DNA from: Nemertoderma westbladi
Taxonomy: Eukaryota > Animalia > Xenacoelomorpha
DNA length: 60,297 nucleotides
Direction of reading: 5' to 3'
Assembly: GCA_032718475.1 (NCBI GenBank)
Contig: JAUCBJ010008563.1
Span: 1-60,297, forward strand
The notes under the pieces were generated by a model. It had not been told where the DNA came from, ran no database searches, and was given only the letters and a program-made list of their open reading frames with translations. The translations under genes and the position numbers were made by a program. Positions 47,643-60,297 of this stretch are shown here, one piece after another (the first letter of the stretch is position 1; each line of letters opens with the position of its first letter).

Positions 47643-49793
47643 GTTACACAGTGTGTTGGCTACTATTGATTGCACAGTGCTCTCATCTAATTATTGTTTT
47701 ATTTTGAAATCTTTGTGCCAACATTAATACTGTGGAGGCTGTATGCTTATAAGTCTGAATGTTTACTCAGCCTCATAATGATACTCCATAAGACTAACAT
47801 TATTGTTTGAAATATAAAAATCTGTTATAATAATAACATAATTGTTGTATTTAATTAATATCGTGGTTTACATTGAACAGTGCAAATTGTTAATCGCGGT
47901 TTACATTGAAACATCTCAACTTGTTTTATTTATTACAAAAATAAGACCGAATTTGTCTTATCACTTCTTGTGCGCGATTGTATTGAATTCATGACAACTG
48001 CTGTTATTGTTATTAATCAATTGACACCTCGACTCCTCTCTGAGACTCCGACTACTCTATCCGATAGAACAAAATAATCATTTCGCTAACTGCTCTCTAT
48101 CTTCTATAATCACAACAGTTTTTATAATTCATTACATAATTACACCATAATAATTATAGTTTGAAGTTGTCTAGAAACTTTCTCGTACACCACCGGGACT
48201 ACCCTCACACTAATTTATTATCAGACAGAACAAAAGGCTTTTACTTGACTCGTACTGTCTCCTACGACTTGCTTCACGGGCCACTAGGTCCGTCTCTAGT
48301 AATTTACACTAATTTAAGAAGAGATCTTTCACATAAAAAAATGGGATGGGATCGATGTATTGAATTTAGGTGTAATTTATTTATTTTTTTAGTTTAAAAA
48401 CCACAATTGATTATGATATACGGAGTCAATATTTTGGGAACAAGGGTTTTTAGGTCGACAAATCTGATGGGTTGGGTTACATTGCCTAGATATGTCGAGG
48501 GATTGTTTCCTGTATCGTACCACCCAATGATAATTCGAAATGCACATTTATGCTTCTCTGGAAAATAAGTTATCAACAATGTAGAAGTGTATAGTTCAGT
48601 CAATGATCGCCAGTGGACGTTTGGGAAAAATCTCACAAATTAGCTTGTTTCTGCTATGTAAAAATCCATGTTACTAAGGAAATAAACATGAAATTGAAAG
48701 TGTTAGTTTAGCATGGTCATATTTTTTGGAGCATGGTATTTTTGTTATCTATATATATACCCGAAGTACCTTACAAAAAATTTTTAGGATAGTTTTTCAA
48801 TTTTGTCACTAAGCCACTCCACTACCAACGAAAATTACAATATCGACAAACAGTGTGTTGGACATTATCATAGGAGCAATGGTGACTCAATATTAGGGAA
48901 ACATCCCCAAAGAGAAAATGTATATTAGCGAATCCCGCAAGCCTAACCAGAATACGCACGCACACCTGATCCATTGTAAGAGTACAAGGGACGACTTACA
49001 TACCAATTACTCTAATTGAAGAATCACCGGACCTGTACTATTCAGCAATCCCAATTCCTACACGCTTTCAGCCAGAGTGAATTTAGAAATATGCTGACAC
49101 CATTAGTGTGGATGGATATAGGATGATGGAGGGTGGGCGGCGTAGAACTTCTACTGTACATCGTCGTCTCTTGGTGCAATGCACCCCGCGAGGCGGTGAA
49201 AATCAATCCGGGAGCTATCTGCGTTGGATTTGGGTAAAGCAATTTTCGACCATTTATTTTATTACATCAATAGTTATCCACATACACATTTTGAGAACAC
49301 CATAGGAATAGTGTTTTTAATCTCCTAATCACACTGAATGATCTCTCAGGAGAACATGATAATGTTGGAATGACCATCACAATGATGATATCAATGGGAT
49401 TAAATTATCGCAAAAAGGGTGATTATCTGCAGAAATTTCTCTGATCTCTCTACGTAAACAAATATAATAAATAAGGCAAGATGTTGAATAATGAAACAAT
49501 GTGAGTAATAAAGTAGAAAACTCTAGTTAAAGTAAATTGAATATCAAAATGAGATATTCGTTCCTGTCTTCAATGTGTCACAATGTCACATGGCTCTGAA
49601 TACCATGTAACTGCGGGGGGGGGGGGGGGGGGGGGGGGGCTTGGGAGCAGTCATGCTCAGTTTGAAGTAAAAGTAGATAAATTTCGACTCTAACCAAACT
49701 ATGTGTTAATTCTCCCTACGTAATCAGCTTTCCTTCCCATATCGAACTATGTAGTATTTCGCTCTCTCGTAAACATATTTCCCAATAAATCGA

Positions 49794-51149
49794 TCATGAC
49801 CTACTATAGATACGACCCGCCAAGCCGCTGCAAAGCCCCTAAATTTAGTGGGCCAGTTATTTCTCTTAGATAGAACCCCTGAAACAATATGTCTAGCGCG
49901 TCGAAAGTACTTATCCCTAACTAAAATTATGTCCACTTTCAGGTGAGACAAATAAAAAGTTAATAGCTCCAGTATTTTTCGAGATATGAGGCATTCTTGG
50001 CACCCATACCATATCAACACCTTTCGGCATTTATAAAATTACACAAAATAGATCACCCTTCAAAGACTTTTATTATAGGAAGGGATCTAGGGGTCTTTAC
50101 CTCGAATGATAAGTTTATTTTACCGAAAATAACTTATCTTTTATTGGCGCAATTGTAGGACTAATCCCATCACATGCTTTTTTTTAACCGGGTAGTGTAC
50201 AAATTTAGGAATCGCGTAATTTTTCTTGAAATTAATATCTCATATCTCTCCAAAGCACGTACGCGTTTCGACAAACACCTCGAAAAATACAGCTTGCCAA
50301 CACATTGTTACTATCAATATTCAAAGACTTTGGAATAATCATATTTATTATATTATTATTATATTATATTATATATTATATATATTATTATTATTATGTT
50401 ATTATATTTATTTTTTAATGGATAGTAAAAGAGCACCTAACGTGCAAGTAGCTTGAAATTTTCAAACAACCACAACTGTTAAATTTGCCGTAGTGTTTTG
50501 CTACTGGGTTTTAGTGTTGTTATATTAGTTATTAGTCAGTTATTTGTGCCCCCTGGAGCACGAAAAAAACAAGTAGTGGAAATATGTTATTGAAAAATCA
50601 CCACGAAAACAAATTGATTTTATGACCATGTGTTTTTTTTGGGATGCTGATCACGAATATGACACTGAAATATATCCTACTTTGTGGAATACGGCTTTTT
50701 TGGATACGTGACAATGTATCAATGCTGATGTATTTTGTGTAATTTTATCAATTCCGAAAAGTGCTGATATGGTATGGGAGCCAGGAACTCCGAAATCTCG
50801 AAAACAACTGGAGTTATTACATTTTTATTTGTCTCATCTGAAAGAAAGAAAAGACAAGTACCAAGAAAGATTAGGACCAAGAAAGATTAGGACCAAGAAA
50901 GATTAGGACCAAGAAAGATTAGGACCAAGAAAGATTAGGACCAAGTTCTTTCGGCGTGCTAGACCTATTATTGTTTCATGTATTCTAACTAGGAGAAATA
51001 ACTGGCCCACTAAATTTTGTGGCTTTGCAGCGGCTTGGCGGTTCGTATCTATAGTAGGTCATGAGTCGGCCGAAGCCGGCGGCGACCTGAAGCAAACAGT
51101 CGGCCGAAGCCGACGGCGACCCGAACTATGGTAGCAATGGCCGACTCAT
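49794..51149. mobile_element. Non-autonomous element with ~240-bp imperfect inverted repeats and a hairpin-rich right tail
   Basis: 49794-50030 is inverted at 50754-51064; the right arm has a 16-bp tandem (ACCAAGAAAGATTAGG); the tail is bounded by ATGAGTCGGCC/GGCCGACTCAT. Confidence 0.7.
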
Positions 51150-51348
51150 CTACTATTTACAACAAAAGTTATTTCAATTTTTATTATGTTTTGTAATTAT
51201 ATTTTTTAAATATAAATTTCACATTAATTAACAAAGTTTCCACCGCTGGTTGTATCTGAGTGACAGGAATAGAGAGGGGGGGGGGGGGGGGGGGGGGGGT
51301 ATTGCTTCATAGGGTGGGTGGCATTGCGTTAATGCAGAATCAACTTAC

Positions 51349-51476
51349 TTGTGGATAAGTTGGCCAATCTGAGAACTTTTTAAGCCCTTGTCTGACCTCG
51401 TCGTCTGTGAGAATGTCGAAGGTGTTGAAGGCCACTTGGTGTTTTTGGAGGATCTCAACAAGCTGACAACTGAAAC
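51349..51476 (-). CDS. GLRX3: GLRX3 exon (G)[42 protein letters not shown]
   Basis: Acceptor tcaacag, donor gtaagt; 128 bp with phases 1/0; starts within the CGFS motif; the preceding exon was not found in the window. Confidence 0.95.
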
Positions 51477-51652
51477 CTGTTGATCAAGTAAATCGTTATA
51501 ACAGAAGAGTGAAGCTGATTATAACCATATTTGGCGATCTTTCATGGAACAATGTGTATAGGAAAATGTTTGGAATCTTAATTAACTTTAAAATACAAGC
51601 TAATTAAACTCTTCACTTAAAAAACAATTTTAATAGTGCACAGTAAATAACA

Positions 51653-51981
51653 CGTTCGTGGGGCCTTCGCGCAGCACGAATGTGGCAAAGCCTTTAGCAT
51701 ATTGGCACCATTAACGAGTTGTCTGCCGTTAGTCATAAGTCTTCAACACAATACTCGTCCTCCTCTTGTGCCTCGTTGCGTTCGCCCGTTTTTGACCAAA
51801 CTTTAGATTCTTTCTAAACTTTTATAGGACTACATCTATATGACCAAGTTTCGTTTAATTTCATCAAGGAATAACCGAGTTATTAGCAATCAAAGATTTA
51901 CTACAGACGACGACGCCGATAGTCAACTCGCCAATGACACCCATATGCTAAGGCTTCGCACACTTCGTGGCTCGCCCCACA
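51653..51981 (-). mobile_element. Second, shorter member of the 25197-25816 element family
   Basis: Shared ends ACACGTTCGTGGGG.CTTCGCGCAGCACG and CTCGCCCCACA; shared core TTTT.ACCAAACTTTA...TTTCTAAACTTT; short (GAC)n tract. Confidence 0.75.
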
Positions 51982-52340
51982 GTAAACTATTAATTGCAAA
52001 AAATAAAAAGCAAAAAAATATTCATTACCAGGGAAAGAAGTAAAACTTTTTTTCACTAAATCTTGCGGTATTTATTTACCGAACCCCAGCGAGGTTAATA
52101 GAGGGTCGAGAGTGCATATTGAAAAAAATAATTTATAAATAATTAAATAATAATTTTTCCAATTTTTTTCCATCTCATACGGAATTGTATTCTTAAATTG
52201 GTCCGATTTTGTTACTTAATTATTTAATAAACAATAAAACTAAATGTGTTTGTTTGTTACAAAGTGAATTGAACAGTTCTCTTAAACTTCTGATACAGCC
52301 GTGGCCTACATACTGCTTTACTCAATGTTACAACTATTTA

Positions 52341-52830
52341 CATACTGTACTTGTGTGTAAAGTACCACTTCAGTGTGATGATCCGAGTGGCTTTGTTACA
52401 CGAACGAACGTTAGTGAGTGAGTGAAAATAAAGCCACGAGGATCAAAACACTGTAAAATACTTTGCAACAAGTATGTATGTAGTTTTATTACAAAATTTA
52501 TTATTCCCTATATTATGTTATTATAATATAGCTACAGTAGACCCTACTGGATATTAATAGCTATACCCCGCCTATCGGTAGGTAATGCAGTAGGCCTATC
52601 TGGCTGTCAGGCAAATTTCCACCTGTTGTCTACGTGATATCCAATGACGGCGTTAAGTAATGTCCCCTTAGTGGACATTACTTAACGCCGTCATGGGTTA
52701 CCACGTAAACAATAACACCAAATACAATACTAAATGTACAGACCAATACAATGCTGTAATGTCCTCTAAAGTTGTAAAGTGCTAAATAACAACTCGCTGT
52801 TAATACTAACGGCGTTGAGTAATGTTACAA
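52341..52830. repeat. Cluster of palindromes, probable non-autonomous DNA element remnant
   Basis: Imperfect hairpin 52341-52480; perfect 22-bp arms 52644-52665/52673-52694; partial third arm copy near 52809. Confidence 0.6.
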
Positions 52831-53183
52831 TTTTGGAATAAAATAATCTAAATGTTTTCGAATATTTATTAAGTAACTAGAGAGCCGCTAACTATATAAA
52901 CCAATATTTGATATTGAGTTCCGTGTTGGAGTTCGTTTTGCACATACTAAAGTTGCAATAACTTTTGAGTGTCTGCATGGATTTAATGGCTCGAATTACG
53001 TCAAAACCTTTTCTTCTTCAATTCAATAGTTTAACATTTTCGTATACCGGGATTACTTTTTAAAATCAATGCAAGCCTATAGGTTTCTATTTTTTCCAAA
53101 GATAAAAAGTTACTCACTTTACTCCCGATTTTAGTGTGTATTCGGGAGAAAAGTAACAATAAAAGTATTTTACTTTTCTTGGG

Positions 53184-55337
53184 CACAAACATACACTCTC
53201 CAGGGTCGCATATCCAGGGTCGCAAACACAAACATACACTCTCCAGGGTCGCATATCCAGGGTCGCAAACACAAACATACACTCTCCAGGGTCGCATATC
53301 CAGGGTCGCAAACACAAACATACACTCTCCAGGGTCGCATATCCAGGGTCGCAAACACAAACATACACTCTCCAGGGTCGCATATCCAGGGTCGCAAACA
53401 CAAACATACACTCTCCAGGGTCGCATATCCAGGGTCGCAAACACAAACATACACTCTCCAGGGTCGCATATCCAGGGTCGCAAACACAAACATACACTCT
53501 CCAGGGTCGCATATCCAGGGTCGCAAACACAAACATACACTCTCCAGGGTCGCATATCCAGGGTCGCAAACACAAACATACACTCTCCAGGGTCGCATAT
53601 CCAGGGTCGCAAACACAAACATACACTCTCCAGGGTCGCATATCCAGGGTCGCAAACACAAACATACACTCTCCAGGGTCGCATATCCAGGGTCGCAAAC
53701 ACAAACATACACTCTCCAGGGTCGCATATCCAGGGTCGCAAACACAAACATACACTCTCCAGGGTCGCATATCCAGGGTCGCAAACACAAACATACACTC
53801 TCCAGGGTCGCATATCCAGGGTCGCAAACACAAACATACACTCTCCAGGGTCGCACATCCAGGGTCGCAAACACAAACATACACTCTCCAGGGTCGCATA
53901 TCCAGGGTCGCAAACACAAACATACACTCTCCAGGGTCGCATATCCAGGGTCGCAAACACAAACATACGCTCTCCAGGGTCGCATATCCAGGGTCGCAAA
54001 CACAAACATACGCTCTCCAGGGTCGCACATCCAGGGTCGCAAACACAAACATACACTCTCCAGGGTCGCACATCCAGGGTCGCAAACACAAACATACACT
54101 CTCCAGGGTCGCATATCCAGGGTCGCAAACACAAACATACACTCTCCAGGGTCGCAAACACAAACATACACTCTCCAGGGTCGCACATCCAGGGTCGCAA
54201 ACACAAACATACACTCTCCAGGGTCGCACATCCAGGGTCGCAAACACAAACATACACTCTCCAGGGTCGCATATCCAGGGTCGCAAACACAAACATACAC
54301 TCTCCAGGGTCGCACATCCAGGGTCGCAAACACAAACATACACTCTCCAGGGTCGCATATCCAGGGTCGCAAACACAAACATACACTCTCCAGGGTCGCA
54401 CATCCAGGGTCGCAAACACAAACATACGCTCTCCAGGGTCGCACATCCAGGGTCGCAAACACAAACATACACTCTCCAGGGTCGCACATCCAGGGTCGCA
54501 AACACAAACATACACTCTCCAGGGTCGCATATCCAGGGTCGCAAACACAAACATACACTCTCCAGGGTCGCAAACACAAACATACACTCTCCAGGGTCGC
54601 ACATCCAGGGTCGCAAACACAAACATACACTCTCCAGGGTCGCACATCCAGGGTCGCAAACACAAACATACACTCTCCAGGGTCGCATATCCAGGGTCGC
54701 AAACACAAACATACACTCTCCAGGGTCGCACATCCAGGGTCGCAAACACAAACATACACTCTCCAGGGTCGCATATCCAGGGTCGCAAACACAAACATAC
54801 ACTCTCCAGGGTCGCACATCCAGGGTCGCAAACACAAACATACACTCTCCAGGGTCGCACATCCAGGGTCGCAAACACAAACATACACTCTCCAGGGTCG
54901 CACATCCAGGGTCGCAAACACAAACATACACTCTCCAGGGTCGCACATCCAGGGTCGCAAATACAAACATACACTCTCCAGGGTCGCACATCCAGGGTCG
55001 CAAACACAAACATACACTCTCCAGGGTCGCACATCCAGGGTCGCAAACACAAACATACACTCTCCAGGGTCGCACATCCAGGGTCGCAAACACAAACATA
55101 CACTCTCCAGGGTCGCACATCCAGGGTCGCAAATACAAACATACAATCTCCAGGGTCGCACATCCAGGGTCGCAAACACAAACATACACTCTCCAGGGTC
55201 GCACATCCAGGGTCGCAAACACAAACATACACTCTCCAGGGTCGCACATCCAGGGTCGCAAACACAAACATACACTCTCCAGGGTCGCATATCCAGGGTC
55301 GCAAACACAAACATACACTCTCCAGGGTCGCATATCC
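53184..55337. repeat. 43-bp minisatellite (CACAAACATACACTCTCCAGGGTCGCAYATCCAGGGTCGCAAA), about 50 copies
   Basis: Highly homogeneous tandem with internal duplication of TCCAGGGTCGCA; source of the four ~750-aa ORFs. Confidence 0.97.
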
Positions 55338-56245
55338 AAAGACTGCGACATATTTCCATTGTGGCAACTATACAGAAAACAGAAAACAGCTACTCTTTTA
55401 GCGACCCTATAAGGAGAGAGCATTTGCCATTCTCTATGAAGCATAATGAAAACATATATTTCCTCCAGCTGGGCTCGAACCCGCGATTTGGAGACAGTAA
55501 ATAAGAAGAGGAAGCAAGATATTATGTTATTATGTTATACTGTTTGCGCAGGTATATCACATCGCGATCGAATAGTGAGTAGGCATGGATATTGGCGTAA
55601 TACTGGGGTAACTAGAAATTGAGAAGGTTCTCTGTGCGATGTATGTTAAATATATAAATTTATATATGACAGAAATTGAGATAAATAAAATCATATTGCA
55701 AAACAAATACCGAATAGGTGTTAAAATAAATTATTCCTTTGAATTATTATGAGCCAACCAATGAGCCTAGCGCCGCAGTTAGTAGTAAAACTGATAGTTA
55801 TAGATATAATTGAACAACTACAGAGGCAATGCAGAAAACAAAGGCTCAAGAAAATCAATTATTCAAAATCAAAAAGATCCGTAACAGTTGTTATTATTAA
55901 ATCACAGATATCATTTTATAAGCTTGTATTCTGCGTGGGAGGCCGCAATCAAGATTAACTAACTTATGTGGTTTTTGTTATGTCAATTAATTCTTCAAAG
56001 GGGATGAGATAGCGAATACGGTAACAGATGTAAATTAATATGACAAGCACGACTGGCGGTTAAAAATCTTTGAGGGTCTTCGAAGAGTATCCAAATATCA
56101 TATCCTCAAATCGAATGAGAAACTCGTTATTAGTTGAACCCGGTACCTGGATACCTTCGCTTATAGCACTGCCATTTACGTGTCTCGCCCCACAAACCAA
56201 AGCAAAATAGCTTTAATTCTCATATATGACATGACAAGGTATTCT

Positions 56246-56821
56246 TCACATGGGCGTCAAGATGCGTCTCAAGAAAGTCATGGGCTGTCCACCATGCTTA
56301 TTTATTCCATGAGGCTGCCAAAGCACAAGATTATGAACTGGCTGGTACTCACGGCGAAAGCAATGTCCTGCAAAGCGGAGACGGCTTTGTTCTAGTGTCA
56401 AGCTTGGGGGAACCAATAAGACACCTCCAATGTTATATAGTGTCTGGTAAATCCTGGAAAGCCCATTCAAGGCTGCCCATACCTTTCCCTTACGTATTCG
56501 AAGGTCCTCACCTGACTCCCGCATCCATGATCCCAGATAACAGAAGTCGTCCACATGCTCAGGCATACCATCCTTTGAGCTTATGATCATCCGGTCAGAG
56601 ACGTGCTGAGGACTTTCAATGTTAACTGTCAAAATGTTTGTATTTTTGGAGTTAATGAAAAGACCAACACTAGAAGCAGCATGTTCTAATGAGCTGAGGA
56701 GCCGTTGGGCTCCCTCTAGTGATTCTGAGAGTACTCCTAAGTCATCAGCAAAGTCTAGATCAGTTAGGTACTTGGCAGGATTTCCTCGACTTCTGGAGCC
56801 AGTAGGTGGAGTTATCATCAC
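56246..56821 (-). mobile_element. Degraded RTE-like non-LTR RT fragment with internal deletion
   Basis: LTDLDFADDL, GLFINSKNT, FCYLGSW, RLRFAGHC motifs; similar to 36637-37250 but the ETWTL segment is missing. Confidence 0.8.
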
Positions 56822-59359
56822 CCCGTCATCATTATGATGATATAAGGAATGCGTAGAACATAGTCAACATTTAACTTGAATAAGATGTAGTAGTACACAA
56901 TACAATATACAGTAGTATAAAATAGTACAGTATAATTCTATCAATATAAAGGACGGTGCGTTGACTCCCCCCAACTTGTTGTTTTATGTCTTACAGCCTT
57001 GGGGTTTTATAGGGAATATACTGGTAACATTCGCAACATCCCGGCAGGTGAAATACCAGATATACCAGTTGCTCTATTGTATGTAGTACTAATTTACTAT
57101 CAGTATTGCCTTAGTTCCTTATTTTAGTTCTAATGTAATCCGCCCTATTCTATTGCATTGCAATTGTACCGGGAACTGGAAAGCAAAAGAGTTGGATGTA
57201 TTGAAGGAAATAATTTACTCCGTTTACATTTACATCAATTATGGAGAATATCATCATTATTATTATTATTATTATTATTACCCAAATATGTATATATTTT
57301 CCAAATATGCTTCGTTTCCTTTTCGTTTCGTTATGTCATCCATGCCTACAACTACCTCACAACAACTTCAACACTACTATACTAAAATCAGTATAGAAGA
57401 TTATTATGTTCCGAGTTTCCCTGGAGGGTCCCTCTCCATTCATTATTATTATCCTACAACACTACAGTACTACATTTGAAAGCCGCCTACATTATTACTA
57501 AAATTCATTCACCTGGAATTAGTAATGATTCACATTCGCCCATACCTTTACTGATAAGGCTATCAGCTCTATGAAATATTTAACACACACTAATGCTACC
57601 CTATGAAGAATTTCAAGTTTGTAAAGGGGGGAGTTTAGGCAGTAGGGCCTAAGCAAACAGTATGGGTGTACTAAGTACAATAATCTTGGCAACCTCATCG
57701 ATTTATACTAAGCCTGAGTAGAAATCCATTACATAAGCCATTTTTCATCATGAACACCAGCTGTTATTGGTATAATTTTACCATTGCGTCTATGGCACTT
57801 TTCGTTTATTTCATTTTTTGCAAAAACTAATTACTGTATTTTTCTGAAAATTACTTTATACAGTGCCCAGGACCACGCAGAATCCAACGGTATTTTCCTC
57901 ATATCGCGAGAGCCAGTAGTTTAGGATGAGATAGAGGAACAAACAAACATACATACATACATACACAATTTGAACTTTATACAATATAGGCAGGTATTAA
58001 CGACATGACGGTAGTACAAGTGTTTACTACTAGTGCATAATATTAATATGTATTTATTGATATGTCAAATAGTGTTGCCATGTCATTCCATTGAGGTACC
58101 TACTGAACAGTGAACAGCCGGTTATGCAAGAAAATTCACATAATGTCAGTAATAAAACTGTTTTAACATCAAACGATCCAGTGGTTTTACTATCCCCAGT
58201 GGCCAAAGAGAGCGTGGGATTAAGCCTATATGTTTCGTTATATACCAATATACTTAAAAGTTTAATTAAATGAATAGCTTAATATATTCGAACCAACCAC
58301 CGCTATTGTGGGTGGCCTAAACTAATTAGGACTTTAATGGTTCCACTTTGACCAATGGACTTACTTTGATCGGGTACGTGGAAGCCAGAAGTCGTGTAAC
58401 ATACAATACACAAAGGATTTAATTATTATTCTAAGTATTGAATTTTAATTATAGATGTAATTCAATTAAGAATCACCAAATGAATTGGCACTAATTTATA
58501 AGTATTTCTGTGATTTTTCGTTTTATCACCATGAAAACCACCAAGGCCGGTAAGAAAAAAGGTGGACGTCAGCAATTAATATTACTGAACGGTTTGACAA
58601 CTTTTGCTACAGAAGACAATGAGGTTAATAATGAAGATATGAATTGGGAATTTCCTTGGCTGGTGGAAAAGCGTGGAGGTTTTGTGATAGTTTCGTGGGA
58701 AAATATGTATCTGCCTGCATGGATATTCGGAAAAGTTACTTATTCGATATGCAATATATTCCATATACAGAATATAGTAGTAATATATATATATAGGAGT
58801 CGCTTCTTCTAGTGGTGACTAGGTTCGACCCCTGATGGAGCAGAACTGTTTGTGCACAGTGACGATGAAGCCAAGCCCAACCCATGCTTACTTACTTGAC
58901 TGTCTGGTCGATATATGGGAAGCAGGGTAACTTGGAAAACCGTGTAGAAAGATTTACAGCTGAAGATCACCCATGGTGGTCAACAGGCATTCCTTTAGGT
59001 AACAGATTGGAAGGGTTTACTGTGGATGATCACCCATGGTGTGGTGAATATACATTCCTTTGGAAACATAATGTGTAAGGGTTTACTGTGGAAAATCACC
59101 CATGGTGATGAACATGCATGCCCTGGCTCAAGGGGAGATGGTACTCCAGGCTAAGCCCATACATTTTACTATTTATTAACACATCCGTACCAATTAATCT
59201 GGTTCTACAACATGTAATTTGATGAAAGTTTCCAGAATGGCAGACAAACTAGCGAGACACACCTGAAATCCGAAATAATTGAAAATTTTTTTGTGTCAAT
59301 GAATGGGGCTACATAACTTATCTTAAAACTTTTGTCAAAATTTGTCTATGTGTCTGCAT

Positions 59360-59882
<523 letters not shown>

Positions 59883-60160
59883 AAGCTACGATACTGCTCT
59901 AGAGACCGGCATCAATAAGCGTATCATTCCCGTAAGATATAATGGAGCTTTTAACATCGCAATTGCACTCGGCAGAAATCAATTACTTCAGAGGATCTAA
60001 GAATAATACCGACCACCACCGATAGACGTTGGATACACACTATAAAGATGAAGCACGCACATGGCACAATATAATCAATAAATATAGATCATATTTCAGC
60101 TGCAAAAATTAATAGAATGTTCCATGAAATGCATTTGATACACGGAGAGCCAAAAGATTG

Positions 60161-60297
60161 TCCACCTCCACTTATTACAGAATATAATCCACTCACCCCA
60201 GACACACATCCACCTCCACTTCTTACAGAATATAATCTACTCACCTCAGACACACATCCACCCCTACTTCTTACAGAATATATTCTACTCACCTCAG
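60161..60297. repeat. 48-bp minisatellite, running off the window edge
   Basis: Units start at 60161, 60209 and 60257. Confidence 0.8.

Noticed and set aside
53031-55444. Four 729-778 aa Cys-rich or His-rich ORFs
   Set aside because: Translations of a stop-free 43-bp minisatellite on both strands; no coding evidence.
58950-59125. Possible hammerhead in three ~65-bp repeats (CTGAAGA-TCACCCATGGTG)
   Set aside because: No GAAA after the stem, and the other two copies lack the CUGANGA core; treated as a decayed tandem repeat.

Overview
Repeat-rich eukaryotic (invertebrate-like, AT-rich) genomic DNA. 1-8308: head-to-tail tandem of a young Penelope-like retroelement (RT + Cys linker + C-terminal GIY-YIG, Neptune-type layout), each unit carrying a minimal type I hammerhead ribozyme. 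8309-29666: a 38-bp satellite split by an intact 16.7-kb BEL/Pao LTR retrotransposon (9332-26045, TSD ATAAC, single 2883-aa ORF, 2.27-kb LTRs), whose 3' LTR carries a nested 620-bp DINE-1/HINE-like element. 30001-51476 (minus strand): five coding exons, missed by the ORF track, that splice in frame into the two C-terminal monothiol glutaredoxin domains of glutaredoxin-3 (GLRX3/PICOT); upstream exons were not found and probably lie beyond the window. The introns are filled with minisatellites, LINE and PLE fragments and non-autonomous inverted-repeat elements. The most unusual signals are in the BEL element: a 20-nt hairpin dispersed nine times across three reading frames and non-coding sequence with a compensatory base-pair change; no tRNA primer-binding site but a 10-nt complement of the post-LTR sequence inside the LTR (possible self-priming); and a tRNA-like Pol III cassette in U3. 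All observations were made by eye; no searches were run.
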